Assembly (NCBI GenBank): GCA_963815195.1
Contig: CAWFGE010000017.1
Coordinates: forward strand, 224,001-288,000
DNA: 64,000 nucleotides
Direction: 5' to 3'
DNA from: an uncultured Planctomycetaceae bacterium
GTDB lineage: Bacteria; Planctomycetota; Planctomycetia; Planctomycetales; Planctomycetaceae
In this document: one piece after another, positions 61,608 through 64,000 of the stretch
Numbering within the stretch: the stretch's first letter is position 1
Layout of the letters: each line of letters begins with the position of its first letter
Notes under the pieces: model-generated
What the model saw: the letters and a program-made list of their open reading frames with translations, nothing else
What the model was told of the DNA's origin: nothing
The model's database searches: none
Program-made: the position numbers and the translations under genes

Positions 61608-62440
61608 CCCGAAAACTCGTCCTTTTGTTGGTGCTGATCTCGGTTTTGGCCTCCATCGGCGTGGCTCAATACCGCCGGGGCGGGCGGGGTTATAGCCGGC
61701 GGTCGCGGAACGACATGCTGCGCCCCGAAGATCCCAACCGCGACCGGGGCGGCGTTCCGACTTGGGACAAGGACCAGGAGTTTAAGCACGATGTGTTTAC
61801 CTTCGTGCGCGTCGAATATTCCTCGTACCGCTGGAACAAATGGCAGACGGACTATCCCGACAGCGACCTGAATTTTTCGTATCGCCTCCAGGAACTCACG
61901 TCGCTCAAGGTCGATCCCAACGGCAAAATCCTGAAACTGACCGATCCCGAATTACTCGATTACCCGTTCATCTACATCATCGAGCCCGGCGACATGGCCC
62001 TCGAAGAAGCCGAGGTGCTGGGCCTGCGAAAATACCTGGAGAACGGCGGATTTCTGATGGTGGACGACTTCTGGGGCGAAGACGAGTGGTTCGGGTTCTA
62101 TCAGAACATCAAACGCGTGTTCCCCGACCGCAACCTCGTGGAATTGCCCTTGGAGCATGAGATTTTCCACTGCGTGTACGACCTCAAAGAGAAGCCTCAG
62201 ATTCCGAGCATCAACCACTATTGGAGCGGCCAGCGCACGGAGCGCTGGGACGCCCAGGAGCCGCATTACCGGGCGATCTTCGATGACAACGGCCGCATGA
62301 TGGCCATCATCTGCCACAACACCGACCTGGGCGACGGCTGGGAGCGGGAAGGTTTGGACTCGGGGTATTTCAAAGAGTATTCCGAAAAATGGGCCTACCC
62401 GCTGGGCATCAACATCGTGACCTACGCGATGACGCATTGA
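61604..62440 (+). CDS. DUF4159 domain-containing protein
   Basis: FTFVRVEY, WQTDYPDSD, YPFIY..EPG, GGFLMVDDFWG, DLGDGWE, GINIVTYAMTH; GTGA overlap. Confidence 0.88.
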   Translation: MTRKLVLLLVLISVLASIGVAQYRRGGRGYSRRSRNDMLRPEDPNRDRGGVPTWDKDQEFKHDVFTFVRVEYSSYRWNKWQTDYPDSDLNFSYRLQELTSLKVDPNGKILKLTDPELLDYPFIYIIEPGDMALEEAEVLGLRKYLENGGFLMVDDFWGEDEWFGFYQNIKRVFPDRNLVELPLEHEIFHCVYDLKEKPQIPSINHYWSGQRTERWDAQEPHYRAIFDDNGRMMAIICHNTDLGDGWEREGLDSGYFKEYSEKWAYPLGINIVTYAMTH

Positions 62441-62520
62441 AAGAAAACGTAACCAACGCCCTTCCAAAGGGTTTATTGGAAAAGAGGAATTTCAAAGTTC
62501 CGACGCGGCGAATTCGCAAC

Positions 62521-62586
62521 CAACGCAGCGGCGGCATCTTGCCGCCGTGGATTGAATCGGCGGTTGGAAGCCGCCGCTACGAAAGT
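62521..62586. repeat. REP doublet (REPIN-like), family B
   Basis: Reverse-complement copy of 25154-25220. Confidence 0.85.
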
Positions 62587-62598
62587 CTCTAACACGAA

Positions 62599-63627
62599 AT
62601 GGAGCCCCCCCTCGTGAGCGCTGTGGAATCTTTTGAAACCGAACAACAAACCGTGGAGCAGATTCGCGGGTGCCGGGACCAGATTTTTGCGGAGCTGTCC
62701 AAGGTGATCATCGGCCAAAGAGACGTGGCCGAGCAATTGCTGCTGTGCCTGTTTTCGGGCGGGCATTGCCTGATCACCGGGGCCCCGGGCCTTGCGAAAA
62801 CGCTCTTGGTGCGGTCGGTGGCTCAGATTTTCCACTTGAAGTTCCAGCGGATCCAGTTCACCCCCGACCTGATGCCCGCCGACATCACGGGCACCGAAAT
62901 TCTCGAAGAGACCGGCGACGGGCATCGCAAGATGCAGTTCGTCAAGGGGCCGATTTTTGCGAACGTGATCCTCGCGGACGAGATCAACCGCACGCCGCCC
63001 AAAACCCAGGCAGCGCTTTTGGAAGCGATGCAGGAACATCAAGTCACCGCGGCGGGGGTCAGGTATCCTTTGGAGGAACCCTTCTTCGTGCTCGCCACGC
63101 AAAACCCGATCGAAATGGAAGGCACCTATCCGCTCCCGGAAGCGCAGCTGGATCGGTTTATGTTCAACGTCCGCATCGACTATCTGCCCGAAGACGACGA
63201 GGTGGCCGTGGTCGCGCAGACGACTTCCAAAAAGCCGGAAGACATCCAGCCGCTCTTCAGCGGGGAAGATGTCGAGCGGTTTCACGATGTGGTCCGCCGG
63301 GTGCCGGTGGCCGAGGATTTGGTGCGGTATGCGGTGCGGTTGGCCGATGCCAGCCGGCCGGGCCGGGAGAATACGCCCGATTTCGTAAACCAGTGGGTGA
63401 GTTGGGGGGCCGGTTTGCGGGCGGCCCAATCGCTAATCCTGGGTGCCAAAGCCCGGGCGCTGTTTGAAGGGCGGCCCAACGTTTCGGTTGAGGACATCCG
63501 GGCTCTGGCGCCTGCGACATTTCGGCATCGCATCTTGATCAGTTACCGTGCCGAGGCCGAGGGCGTCTCGGTGGAAACGGTCATCGGTCGTCTTTTGGAA
63601 ACAGTAAAAGTTCCTGGCCGCGCGTGA
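62599..63627 (+). CDS. MoxR family AAA+ ATPase
   Basis: GAPGLAKT, RIQFTPDLMPAD, LADEINRTPPKTQAALLEAMQE, ATQNPIE.EGTYPLPEAQLDRF. Confidence 0.95.
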   Translation: MEPPLVSAVESFETEQQTVEQIRGCRDQIFAELSKVIIGQRDVAEQLLLCLFSGGHCLITGAPGLAKTLLVRSVAQIFHLKFQRIQFTPDLMPADITGTEILEETGDGHRKMQFVKGPIFANVILADEINRTPPKTQAALLEAMQEHQVTAAGVRYPLEEPFFVLATQNPIEMEGTYPLPEAQLDRFMFNVRIDYLPEDDEVAVVAQTTSKKPEDIQPLFSGEDVERFHDVVRRVPVAEDLVRYAVRLADASRPGRENTPDFVNQWVSWGAGLRAAQSLILGAKARALFEGRPNVSVEDIRALAPATFRHRILISYRAEAEGVSVETVIGRLLETVKVPGRA

Positions 63628-63658
63628 TTGTCGAAGCAAATCTCGCATTTCAAAAAAA

Positions 63659-63772
63659 GGCGAGCGGACCAACCTGCGGTCGGTGCCCGCGTAAGCTTCC
63701 CGGTTTTGTGGAGTGATGAAGAACTCGGAGAGACCAGGGGGCTGACGCCCGGGCTGACGCCCCCCGCTCGCC
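63659..63772. repeat. REP doublet, family D; left unit has a 22-nt insert, right unit a 12-bp tandem duplication
   Basis: GGCGAGC[insert]CGCGTAAGCTTCCCGGTT; GGGCTGACGCCC x2 at 63739-63762. Confidence 0.7.
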
Positions 63773-63795
63773 TTAACCCCAAGTCAATGTGTTTT

Positions 63796-64000
63796 ATGGC
63801 CACTGTCAGCAATTCCCAATCCGAGCAGCAAACCAAGACGACGTCCGCTTCGTTTATCGATCCCGCGTCGCTCATGCGGCTCAAGAACCTGGAGTTCCGG
63901 GCCCGGGTCGTTGTCGAGGGCTTTCTGACCGGCCTCCACAAAAGCCCGTATCACGGGTTCTCCGTCGAGTTCTCGGAATACCGCCAATACACGCCCGGCG
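63796..64000 (+). CDS. DUF58 domain-containing protein (5' part, runs off the window)
   Basis: Own translation: MATVSNSQ...FIDPASLMRLKNLEFRARVVVEGFLTGLHKSPYHGFSVEFSEYRQYTPG. Confidence 0.9.
   Translation, partial: MATVSNSQSEQQTKTTSASFIDPASLMRLKNLEFRARVVVEGFLTGLHKSPYHGFSVEFSEYRQYTPG

Overview
GC-rich bacterial DNA that reads as a Planctomycetota (probably Planctomycetaceae) chromosome segment, judging from DUF1501, PQQ/NHL/FG-GAP propellers, a sulfatase, a YTV-like protein, a short SecA paralogue and a MoxR/DUF58/DUF4159 operon. It holds about 50 mostly unrelated genes, including egtD, thyX, ung, mdh, rhaB and mqnE. I saw no rRNA, tRNA, CRISPR array, transposase or prophage. Eleven single-base frameshifts in nine genes, many in short homopolymers, look like long-read consensus errors. 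The most interesting signals are: (1) several REP/REPIN-like palindrome families, two of which carry the same 22-25-nt GCA-triloop mini-hairpin with a compensatory base-pair change; (2) a tandem pair of small c-type cytochromes with no conserved Met/His distal ligand and a cytochrome f-like mature N-terminus; (3) a pentaheme cytochrome / beta-propeller / CxxCH alpha-barrel cluster beside a sigma-54 activator and a sigma-54 promoter; (4) a secreted protein with a 36% tyrosine, charge-free tail; (5) a ~185-nt rod-shaped intergenic structure. All family calls come from motifs recognised by eye; no searches were run.
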